A program made the position numbers and the translations under genes. Shown one piece after another: positions 1 to 6,959 of a DNA stretch of 55,869 bases. This stretch comes from Patescibacteria group bacterium (lineage in GTDB: Bacteria > Patescibacteriota > Minisyncoccia > Phycocordibacterales > UBA12079). Each line of letters opens with the position of its first letter. The stretch's first letter is position 1. The stretch is from assembly GCA_018817595.1 (NCBI GenBank), contig JAHITU010000004.1:1-55869 (forward strand). The letters are read 5' to 3'. The notes beneath the pieces were generated by a model, which was not told where the DNA came from, did no database searches, and was given only the letters and a program-made list of their open reading frames with translations.

Positions 1-148
1 TGAAATGCAATACCAACTTAATTTGTTTCTTTATTACTATAATCACAGAAAGAAACATCGAGGTTTAGGAATGGATGGAAAAACTCCTGTCGAAAGACTA
101 CAAGAACTGACAACTGTAAACTTGACGCTGCAATGCTACATAATTTGA
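1..148 (+). mobile_element. 3' end of an IS481-like (integrase-core) transposase and probable right IS end (...TGCAATGCTACA at 129-140)
   Basis: Frame starting at base 2 reads EMQYQLNLFLYYYNHRKKHRGLGMDGKTPVERLQELTTVNLTLQCYII*. The YYN-x-R-x-H-x-x-L...TP motif is typical of IS481/IS3 C-termini, and the ORF runs through an ACA end, as in IS481. Truncated by the window edge and not in the ORF track. Confidence 0.7.
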
Positions 149-215
149 CAATATAGATTGTTTAATGATATAATTTAAGAAGTTAAGTTAATTTCTAATT
201 AAAGAAGGAGGACTG

Positions 216-506
216 ATGAAGTTTTCACAAGGATGGATTTTCCATAAAAATAACCCCCTAAAAAAACATAGGGTGTTCCAACCAACAATCCTATCCCAAT
301 CTTGGTCTAGTAACAAGGATGAGGTGGTTAAAAACCATTTTAAAACCTTTGTTGATTGGTTTTTTTCAAAGGATATAAAAGTAGTTATTATATCCTTGGC
401 TGTAGCGACGGTCATTTCGTTAATTCTTCTTACTTTAGAATGTTTTGGAGTTGGTTGGGATCAGATGATTGATTCCCTCCTTCGCCAATCGTACTTTCTA
501 AAATAG
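216..506 (+). CDS. Hypothetical membrane protein (orphan)
   Basis: TTGACA-N18-TATAAT at 145-174, AAGGAGG upstream of the ATG, one hydrophobic segment, and a downstream hairpin terminator (CAAGGTGAA...TTCACCTTG + T-run). Confidence 0.55.
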   Translation: MKFSQGWIFHKNNPLKKHRVFQPTILSQSWSSNKDEVVKNHFKTFVDWFFSKDIKVVIISLAVATVISLILLTLECFGVGWDQMIDSLLRQSYFLK

Positions 507-609
507 AAAGAGAAAACAAGACAAGGTGAAGGCAATGATTGCATTCACCTTGTTTTTTATTTCAAAAATAATAAAAGTATGTTAATATACAAAGGTTAAA
601 AACATAATA

Positions 610-682
610 CGGGATGTGGTGTAACGGCTAACATTCTCGCTTTGGGAGCGAGCGACTCCGGGTTCGAATCCCGGCATCCCGA
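610..682 (+). tRNA. tRNA-Pro(TGG)
   Basis: Cloverleaf with acceptor CGGGATG/CATCCCG, anticodon stem CTCGC-TTTGGGA-GCGAG and T-loop GGTTCGAATCC. CCA is not encoded. Confidence 0.97.
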
Positions 683-732
683 CAATAATTAAAAAATCAC
701 CCTTTTTGGGTGGTTTTTTAATTATTAGTATG

Positions 733-871
733 AGAATAGTCTGGATTCGAACGGTGATAGAAAAAGGACTAAATGTCCTTTTTCGAGCCGCGTCCAACAG
801 TACTTAATAGATTTCGAGCGATAGCGAAGAAATATATTTAGTAACTGTGGGACGAACCCGGCATCCCGACA
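733..871 (+). repeat. tRNA-Pro-associated folded element (antisense T-arm, hairpins, 43-bp core, duplicated tRNA 3' end)
   Basis: GGATTCGAAC (743-752) is the reverse complement of the T-arm. Core 802-844 is identical to the reverse complement of 2288-2330. 857-871 is identical to 670-684. Confidence 0.85.
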
Positions 872-949
872 CTTAAACAAAAGACTATTCTGATTAATCA
901 GAATAGCCTTTTGTTTTACTAACTAACTAATTCCTAATATCCTAACAAT

Positions 950-1411
950 CTAAATAATCACATCTCCCACATATTTAATGTAATAATCTTTGTCCTTTAT
1001 AGAATTGCATGTACGCCGAAGAGGTGTGTCCTTTAGATTTATAAAGACAATTATGATATCAAATTGCCATAATGTTTCGGGTGAAACATTTTCTTTCATT
1101 AAATATGTTTGAAAAACCCTCTTCAACCTTTGTGTTTTACGAAAATGTATATTATCGTCTAATAAATAACCATCAATTATTTCCTGATCACTCCCCTGTT
1201 TTGTTTCACATGAAACAGTTTTTACCTCAATAAAGTGCAATTTATCTATTTTATTACTAAAAAATCCTTTTTTCTTAATTGCTACAATATCAATTTCTCC
1301 CCATTTTTCTAAATAATTTCTTGTCTGTATTTTTAAACCTTTATTTTTTAAAAATTCACAAGCTAAATTCTCACCATAATTCCCTATTTTTCTTTTTTCA
1401 GATATTGCCAT
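950..1411 (-). CDS. yraN: YraN family (UPF0102) PD-(D/E)XK endonuclease-like protein
   Basis: G-x-x-GE-x-x-A-x-x-FL-x-x-KG...RNY...GEIDIVA...FIEVKT...FDII motifs. Confidence 0.9.
   Translation of the reverse strand: MAISEKRKIGNYGENLACEFLKNKGLKIQTRNYLEKWGEIDIVAIKKKGFFSNKIDKLHFIEVKTVSCETKQGSDQEIIDGYLLDDNIHFRKTQRLKRVFQTYLMKENVSPETLWQFDIIIVFINLKDTPLRRTCNSIKDKDYYIKYVGDVII
1073..1088. promoter_or_regulatory. parS-like site TGTTTCGGGTGAAACA (inside yraN)
   Basis: 14/16 match to the consensus TGTTTCACGTGAAACA. Confidence 0.75.
1202..1217. promoter_or_regulatory. parS-like site TGTTTCACATGAAACA (inside yraN)
   Basis: 15/16 match to the parS consensus. Confidence 0.85.
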
Positions 1412-1474
1412 TAATATAATTATACACTAATTATAAATATATTTAATATTAGAAACCACAAGTAATCAAAAATA

Positions 1475-1490
1475 TGTTTCACCCGAAACA
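1475..1490. promoter_or_regulatory. parS-like site TGTTTCACCCGAAACA
   Basis: 14/16 match; reverse complement of the 1073 and 1944 sites. Confidence 0.75.
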
Positions 1491-1887
1491 TTTGAAAATA
1501 AGATCTCAAAGTTATAAAGTTAATCTAAAGTTAATCTATAGTAAATCTGTTTTTGTTTTTAAACATTTTAATTCAAACAAATTACTCACTTTGACACCTC
1601 ACTTGGACACCCGGTGTCCAAGTTGTTTTAAATTTTATACATATTATATATTAGTAAATTGTTACTTAGTAACATAATGTTTTATAAAAGAAACAGATGA
1701 AAACATAATAATTAAACACTGTAATTGAAATTATTATTAAAAACCTTAAAAACAGATAAATTAAGAGTCAAAAATATGTCTTTTTTAGACGACTTTTATG
1801 AGATAGCTATATTTAAAGCCTTATATAAGGATAATTGGACAAAAAAATCATTAAAATATGGATGTTTTTAAAGGTCAAGTTGTTAAG

Positions 1888-1932
1888 TTATCCACGGTCT
1901 TATCCCCAGTTATCCACGGTTTTGTGTGTATA
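1888..1932. promoter_or_regulatory. Cluster of four DnaA-box-like 9-mers
   Basis: TTATCCACG (1888), TTATCCCCA (1900), TTATCCACG (1910) and TGTGTATAA (1924; reverse is TTATACACA). Confidence 0.55.
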
Positions 1933-1943
1933 AATACATTTAA

Positions 1944-1959
1944 TGTTTCGGGTGAAACA
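1944..1959. promoter_or_regulatory. parS-like site TGTTTCGGGTGAAACA
   Basis: 14/16 match; identical to 1073-1088. Confidence 0.75.
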
Positions 1960-2056
1960 TTAAATTAACTTAATTTATTGATATTTTAACAAATATCTGA
2001 TAATATAAAAATTAGTTAGTATCTATAAACACATTAGAAAGAATAAGGAGCAAAAG

Positions 2057-2143
2057 ATGGGACTCTCACTTTTTGAAATTAATGTTGCAATGTGCGTTTT
2101 TGGAATTGTTTTTTGGGGAGCTATTATATTCCTTCCAAAATAA
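2057..2143 (+). CDS. Unannotated 28-aa hydrophobic small protein MGLSLFEINVAMCVFGIVFWGAIIFLPK
   Basis: AAGGAG upstream of the ATG, a single TM-like stretch, and a downstream terminator AGCAGGGG-N-CCCCTGCT + T-run. Confidence 0.55.
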   Translation: MGLSLFEINVAMCVFGIVFWGAIIFLPK

Positions 2144-2199
2144 CAATTTTAAACAGCAGGGGAATCAAAACCCCTGCTTTTTTATTTCTTTATTAAAAA

Positions 2200-2215
2200 T
2201 GTTTCGTATGAAACA
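2200..2215. promoter_or_regulatory. parS-like site TGTTTCGTATGAAACA
   Basis: 13/16 match with conserved arms. Confidence 0.65.
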
Positions 2216-2261
2216 TAATAAAAGATAAAAACAAGGCAAAAGCTTTGTTTTTATTACTTTA

Positions 2262-2389
2262 TGTCCCTGGCAGGATTCGGTCACAAATTACTAAATATAT
2301 TTCTTCGCTATCGCTCGAAATCTATTAAGTGTTTGCGACCCCGTCTCAGAAAATCTCGGATTTTCTTCCGACTTTCGAATCCTACCAGG
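2262..2389 (-). repeat. tRNA-Arg-associated folded element
   Basis: 2262-2279 is identical to tRNA 2446-2463. 2288-2330 is the same 43-bp core as 802-844. 2374-2389 is an inverted copy of the tRNA 3' region (15/16). Confidence 0.85.
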
Positions 2390-2400
2390 TGGCACTATAA

Positions 2401-2442
2401 TACAATATTAAAACAGCACTGGTGTGCTGTTTTAATATTGTA
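2401..2442. terminator. 19-bp perfect hairpin immediately downstream of tRNA-Arg
   Basis: TACAATATTAAAACAGCAC-TGGT-GTGCTGTTTTAATATTGTA. Confidence 0.6.
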
Positions 2443-2445
2443 TAG

Positions 2446-2517
2446 TGTCCCTGGCAGGATTCGAACCCACAATAACGGTTCCGAAGACCGTTGTGATATC
2501 CATTTCACCACAGGGAC
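2446..2517 (-). tRNA. tRNA-Arg(TCG)
   Basis: Minus strand shows acceptor GTCCCTG/CAGGGAC, anticodon stem ACGGT-CTTCGGA-ACCGT and T-loop GGTTCGAATCC. Confidence 0.96.
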
Positions 2518-2640
2518 AATTACGGTAATTATACATTATTCTTCTTTTTAATAAAGGTTCATCAATCAAAAAAATACAAACTCTTTTCTTTTTTAATAAA
2601 TATGATAAAATGATTATCGTTATAGAAAAATTAGATAAAT

Positions 2641-2701
2641 GCGGGTATAGTTTAGTGATAGTCGCCTCATCGGCGACCTGCCGAAGAGGCAGGAACAACT
2701 G
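2641..2701 (+). pseudogene. Duplicated 5' half of tRNA-Gly with a 32-bp double-hairpin insertion in the D-loop region
   Basis: GCGGGTATAGTTTAGTG(A)TAG-[2662-2693]-AACAACTG matches the first 29 nt of the tRNA at 2749 with one mismatch. Confidence 0.8.
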
Positions 2702-2748
2702 AAGCTTAAAGCATAAAAATAAATTAAAGTTCAATACAATTTAATAAT

Positions 2749-2819
2749 GCGGGTATAGTTTAGTGGTAGAACAACTGCCTTCCAAGCAGTAAACGAGAGT
2801 TCGATTCTCTCTACCCGCA
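2749..2819 (+). tRNA. tRNA-Gly(TCC)
   Basis: Acceptor GCGGGTA/TACCCGC, anticodon stem ACTGC-CTTCCAA-GCAGT and T-loop GTTCGATTC. Confidence 0.96.
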
Positions 2820-2864
2820 CAAAAACATAAAAATAAGGCGAAAGCCTTATTTTTATTTATTTTT

Positions 2865-3038
2865 GTAGCGAAGTAGAGAGAATCGAACCGAGGCGATGCG
2901 AAGCCGACTTTGAAGCGAAGCGGAAGAGTCGAATCGCCGAGTGGAGGTTAATGGAGTAGGGTATTTATGAGTGCGAAGCACGAAATAAATACCCACGAGA
3001 GTAACCGATTCTCTCCGTGTTTAAATTTTGTACCCGCA
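2865..3038 (+). repeat. tRNA-Gly-associated folded element
   Basis: 2873-2888 is the exact reverse complement of tRNA 2799-2814. Hairpin at 2959-2994 has a GA-GTGCGAAGCAC-GAA loop. The sense 3' copy CGATTCTCTC|TACCCGCA is split by 15 bp (3006-3038). Confidence 0.8.
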
Positions 3039-3069
3039 TATTTAAAAAACCAGTCTTTTGAATGGTTTT

Positions 3070-3674
3070 TTAAAATCTATCTATTTCTTCCTTAACTAAA
3101 CCATACAAAGTATTCTTAGTGTCTAATTCATAACTAGGTACAAATTGATCATGCCTAATATTATTAATGTCTAAAATATTAATTTTACCTTTCATTTTAG
3201 TAAAAAATTTAAATGGCCAAAGAATTTTATTAGAAAATCTAGCAAATATATCATCTTTTGAATTTAAAAAAATTATAGGAAATCATTGATTTCTCTAGGT
3301 TTATTAACAGGACAAATAGCAAAAAACCCTTTAGTATTCTTGTAATTACACTTCTCTATAGCAGAAAAGGCTATTTCTGTTCCTATACTTTCTGTAAAAA
3401 ATACATAATTACAATCTAAATCACGCCACAAAACCTCGATTGTTTTATTTATAGCATCAGAAACACCATAAGGAATTATTTTTCCATTCCAATTTATATT
3501 TATTACATCAAATCCATCTTTTTCAAATGCTTTTGACCAAGATTCTTTTTTAAAACCGTATTTAGGAACAAAATTAAAAAGATTTTCATATATAAAATAA
3601 ATCATCTTTTGAATTATTTTATTTTTTGACTTTATTGGGTCAGCTCCATGTATAAAAATTAATTTTGTTTTCAT
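3070..3674 (-). pseudogene. Alpha/beta-hydrolase-fold protein with a single-base frameshift near 3279
   Basis: The N-half (ORF 3273-3674) has FIHG and a TESIG nucleophile-elbow-like motif. The shifted frame continues as FPIIFLNSKDD...NNIRHD...EEIDRF* to 3070. Total length is 605 bp, one base short of a multiple of 3. Confidence 0.7.
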
Positions 3675-3721
3675 AGTAATTATTCTATTATTTTTTATTA
3701 AAAATTGCTATACTAATTTCA

Positions 3722-5194
3722 ATGATTAACCCAAATAAAATACCTCAAGAGGTTTCACATGTAACATCTACTCTCGAAAAAGCTGGTTTTGAGGCTTATT
3801 TAGTTGGTGGTTGTGTTCGAGATTTGCTTATAGAGAGGACACCCAAGGATTGGGATGTTACCACTAATGCTAAGCCTGAAAAGATTCAAGAATTATTTGA
3901 ACATACCTTTTATGAAAATACTTTTGGAACAGTAGGAGTTGTTTCGGAAGAAACAACAGATGAGACTTTAAAAACAATAGAAGTAACACCTTATCGTATA
4001 GAAGGGGCGTATTCTGATAGTCGTCACCCTGACGAAGTTGTTTTTAGTGAAAAATTAGAAGATGACTTAAAAAGAAGAGATTTTACTATCAATGCCATGG
4101 CATATAATGTTTCACATGAAACATTAGTTGATTTATATAACGGACAAGAGGATTTAAATGAAAAAACTATTAAAACAGTAGGGAAACCTGATGATAGGTT
4201 CACCGAAGATGCTTTGAGAATCTTACGAGCTGTACGTTTCGCTACTGAATTAGACTTTTCAATAGAATCAGAAACACAAGAATCTATAATCAAATTTGCA
4301 AAACATCTGGAAAATATCTCCCAAGAAAGGATTCGGGACGAATTTGTTAAGATAATAATGTCAAAAAACCCAATGAATGGTGTTATTTTAAGCCAAAAAC
4401 TAGGACTTTTGAAATATATTATTCCAGAATTAGAAATGGGGATTGGGTCCACACAAAAAGGGGCTCATATTTACAGTATTTGGGAACATAATTTAAGAGC
4501 TTTGCAACATTCAGCAGATAAGGAGATGCCATTACATATACGTTTAGCGGCTTTATTACACGATATTGCAAAACCTCACACCAAAAGATTTGATAAAATA
4601 AAAAAAGAAAACACTTTTTATGGTCATGACGTAGTAGGAGAAAGGGTTTCACGTGAAATACTAGAGAGATTAAAATTCTCTGGTAAAATCATAGAAGTTG
4701 TCCCTAAACTAGTGAGAAACCATTTGTTCTTCTCAGACATAGACCAGATTAGTTTATCAGCTGTAAGGCGAATTATAGCCAGTGTAGGGCCTGAAAATGT
4801 ATGGGATCTAATGGAACTTAGAACTTGCGACAGAATAGGAATGGGAAGACCAAAAGAAAAACCATATAGATTAAGAAAATATATGGCTATGATAGAAGAA
4901 GCTATGAAAGACCCTGTTTCTGTTAAAATGCTTAAAATAAACGGAAATCGTATTATGGAAATAATAAATGAAAAACCAGGTCCTAAAATAGGGTTGGTTT
5001 TGAATGCTTTAATGGAAGAAGTTCTAGATGATCCTAAATTAAACACAGAAGAATACCTAGAATCTAAAACATTAGAATTAATTAAATTGCCCATTTCTGA
5101 ACTAACAAAACTTAGTCAAAAAGGGGAGGAGAAAAAAGAAGCTCAACAAGAAAAGGAATTGGGGGAAATAAGAGCTAGACATAATGTGAAATAG
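3722..5194 (+). CDS. cca: CCA-adding tRNA nucleotidyltransferase / poly(A) polymerase family protein with HD domain
   Basis: LVGGCVRDLL, DWDVTT, RRDFTINA, EDALRILRAVRF and LLHDIAKP motifs. Confidence 0.95.
   Translation: MINPNKIPQEVSHVTSTLEKAGFEAYLVGGCVRDLLIERTPKDWDVTTNAKPEKIQELFEHTFYENTFGTVGVVSEETTDETLKTIEVTPYRIEGAYSDSRHPDEVVFSEKLEDDLKRRDFTINAMAYNVSHETLVDLYNGQEDLNEKTIKTVGKPDDRFTEDALRILRAVRFATELDFSIESETQESIIKFAKHLENISQERIRDEFVKIIMSKNPMNGVILSQKLGLLKYIIPELEMGIGSTQKGAHIYSIWEHNLRALQHSADKEMPLHIRLAALLHDIAKPHTKRFDKIKKENTFYGHDVVGERVSREILERLKFSGKIIEVVPKLVRNHLFFSDIDQISLSAVRRIIASVGPENVWDLMELRTCDRIGMGRPKEKPYRLRKYMAMIEEAMKDPVSVKMLKINGNRIMEIINEKPGPKIGLVLNALMEEVLDDPKLNTEEYLESKTLELIKLPISELTKLSQKGEEKKEAQQEKELGEIRARHNVK
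3751..3766. promoter_or_regulatory. Degenerate parS-like site GGTTTCACATGTAACA (inside cca)
   Basis: 13/16 match. Confidence 0.5.
4108..4123. promoter_or_regulatory. parS-like site TGTTTCACATGAAACA (inside cca)
   Basis: 15/16 match; encodes VSHET. Confidence 0.85.
4645..4660. promoter_or_regulatory. parS-like site GGTTTCACGTGAAATA (inside cca)
   Basis: 14/16 match with a perfect CACGTG centre. Confidence 0.65.
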
Positions 5195-5263
5195 TCGAAA
5201 GCCTGTAAAGTCCATAATGTCAAAAGTCAAAAAAATTCGCTTTGCGAATTTTTTTCTTTTTAA

Positions 5264-5388
5264 ATTCTGGATTGCTTTGTCATTTCGCTATGCTCTACTC
5301 CTCGCAAAGACGAATTTTGAAAAGTAAAATTCGTTACGAATCACTTTAGTGATTCGTCTTTGCGAGCGATAGCGAAGCAATCCAGAAA
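5264..5388. repeat. RPE/REP-like palindromic element (GGATTGCTT...CTCGCAAAGACG...CGTCTTGCGAGCGATAGCGAAGCAATCC)
   Basis: Nested inverted repeats. Related copies at about 11710-11850, 24630-24733 and 25770-25880. Confidence 0.8.
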
Positions 5389-5910
5389 TAAAAAACCATT
5401 AAAAAAGTCCCCAAAATGAGGCTTTCATTAAGGGGACTTTATGAATATCCCTATTTTTTGAAAGAAACAGAGGTTTCTTTCCTACTACTTTTTATGTATA
5501 TTTTACATATTTTTTAGATAAATTTATAAAGAACAAAAACAAACTACGGACTAACTATGAGTACGAACGATAAACTTTTTATTCAAATTAACAAAGGCTG
5601 GTAACTTCCCAGCAGAAATTTAAAATTATTTTTTTTCTCAATGAACTACCTGTCCTATATAATATTTTATATAAAAGACATTGTAAAGGACATAACTGTG
5701 GATAACTTTTTTATGTCCTTTATCCGGACAAACTCAATTTTTAATTTTATAATTTTTAATTTTTAATTAATTTCTAATGTCTTAATTTCTAAACATGACG
5801 AAAATTTGCTTTGCAAATTTTCGTAAAGTTTTAAACATTAAAAATTTTGATTTCTTTAAAAATTACAAAATTAAAAATTAAAAATTCCTTGTTTTTGATT
5901 AAAAACAAGG

Positions 5911-6807
5911 TTACCTCTTTCCATGAAACTTTTTATGTATATCTTTTAAATGTTTATCTGTCATATGGGTATAAATCTGAGTGGTAGAAATATCAGCATG
6001 ACCTAACATCATTTGCACTGATCTTAAATCAGCCCCATTCTCTAACAAATCAGTAGCAAAGGAGTGACGAATAATGTGAGGGGTTACTTTCTTAGTGATC
6101 CCTGCTTTGATAGCTGATTGTTTTACTAATCTTTCTACTGAACGAGTCGTTAAACGACTAGCAGGCCCTTTAGTATTTAAAGAAACAAACAGGGCATCGC
6201 TCATATCTTTTCTTTTTGCTAAATATTCTTTAACCGCTTTTTTAGCAGAATCAGAAAAGAAAACCACTCTGACCTTATCTCCTTTTCCTCTCACAGACAT
6301 TTCATCTTTCTTTAAATCAATATCAGAATTTAAAGCACATAATTCTGAAACCCGTAATCCAGTAGAAAAAAGTAATTCTAAAATGGCTTTGTTTCTTAAA
6401 CTGGCTAAATCTTTTTCTTTATAAACTCCTAATAATCTTCTTAATTCATCTTCATTAATTAAATCAAGGGAACGGTCACCAACCTTAGCCAACTCAATTT
6501 TTTCCGGAGCCAATGATTGAATTTCTCTTTTCACTAAATATTTCAAAAAACCTCTTAACGCGATAAGGTAATAATTTTGAGTTTTCTTTTTTATAGTATC
6601 TGAATTGTTTCCAGTTAATTGACGATTTAAATACAGACGATATTTTCTTAATTTCTCATCGGTAATAGCAGAGGGGGAGTCTGATTCTAAATAATCTAAA
6701 AATTTATTTAAATATCTATCATAATTCTCAACGGTTTTGAGGCTGCGTCCTTTTTCTATTTCTAGATATTCTAAAAATTCATTTTTTAATTTTTTTAAAT
6801 TAGACAT
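5911..6807 (-). CDS. xerC: XerC/XerD-type site-specific tyrosine recombinase (probable start ATG at 6807)
   Basis: N-terminal SAM-like domain (FLEYLEIEKGRSLKTVENY), then TGLRVSEL, RGKGDKVR, TPHIIRHSFATDLL and LGHADISTTQIYT catalytic motifs. No IntI-specific insertion is visible. Confidence 0.9.
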   Translation of the reverse strand: MSNLKKLKNEFLEYLEIEKGRSLKTVENYDRYLNKFLDYLESDSPSAITDEKLRKYRLYLNRQLTGNNSDTIKKKTQNYYLIALRGFLKYLVKREIQSLAPEKIELAKVGDRSLDLINEDELRRLLGVYKEKDLASLRNKAILELLFSTGLRVSELCALNSDIDLKKDEMSVRGKGDKVRVVFFSDSAKKAVKEYLAKRKDMSDALFVSLNTKGPASRLTTRSVERLVKQSAIKAGITKKVTPHIIRHSFATDLLENGADLRSVQMMLGHADISTTQIYTHMTDKHLKDIHKKFHGKR

Positions 6808-6884
6808 TTTAATTTTGTATTTTAATTTGAAATCATTATAACATAATAGAATAAAATATTGTGCGACATGAAATGCTACAATGC

Positions 6885-6914
6885 TTGACAATCTATATAT
6901 TATTGTTCTATAAT
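6885..6914 (+). promoter_or_regulatory. Sigma70-type promoter divergent from the recombinase
   Basis: TTGACA-N18-TATAAT. Confidence 0.7.
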
Positions 6915-6959
6915 ATACATAGAAGATTGAGGTTCATAAAAAATTTAAAGGAGAAGAAG

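Noticed and set aside
582-797. ORF 582-797 (-), ORF 2261-2551 (+) and ORF 2432-2734 (-)
   Set aside because: They overlap tRNA genes and their repeat elements; shadow ORFs.
1474-1677. ORF 1474-1677 (+)
   Set aside because: No RBS, low-complexity AT-rich translation, and it starts inside a parS site.
6836-6863. dif-like site next to xer (TTATAACATAA resembles the XerD arm)
   Set aside because: The second arm does not match a XerC site, and the sequence is explained by the extended -10 (TGTTATAAT) of the xer promoter.
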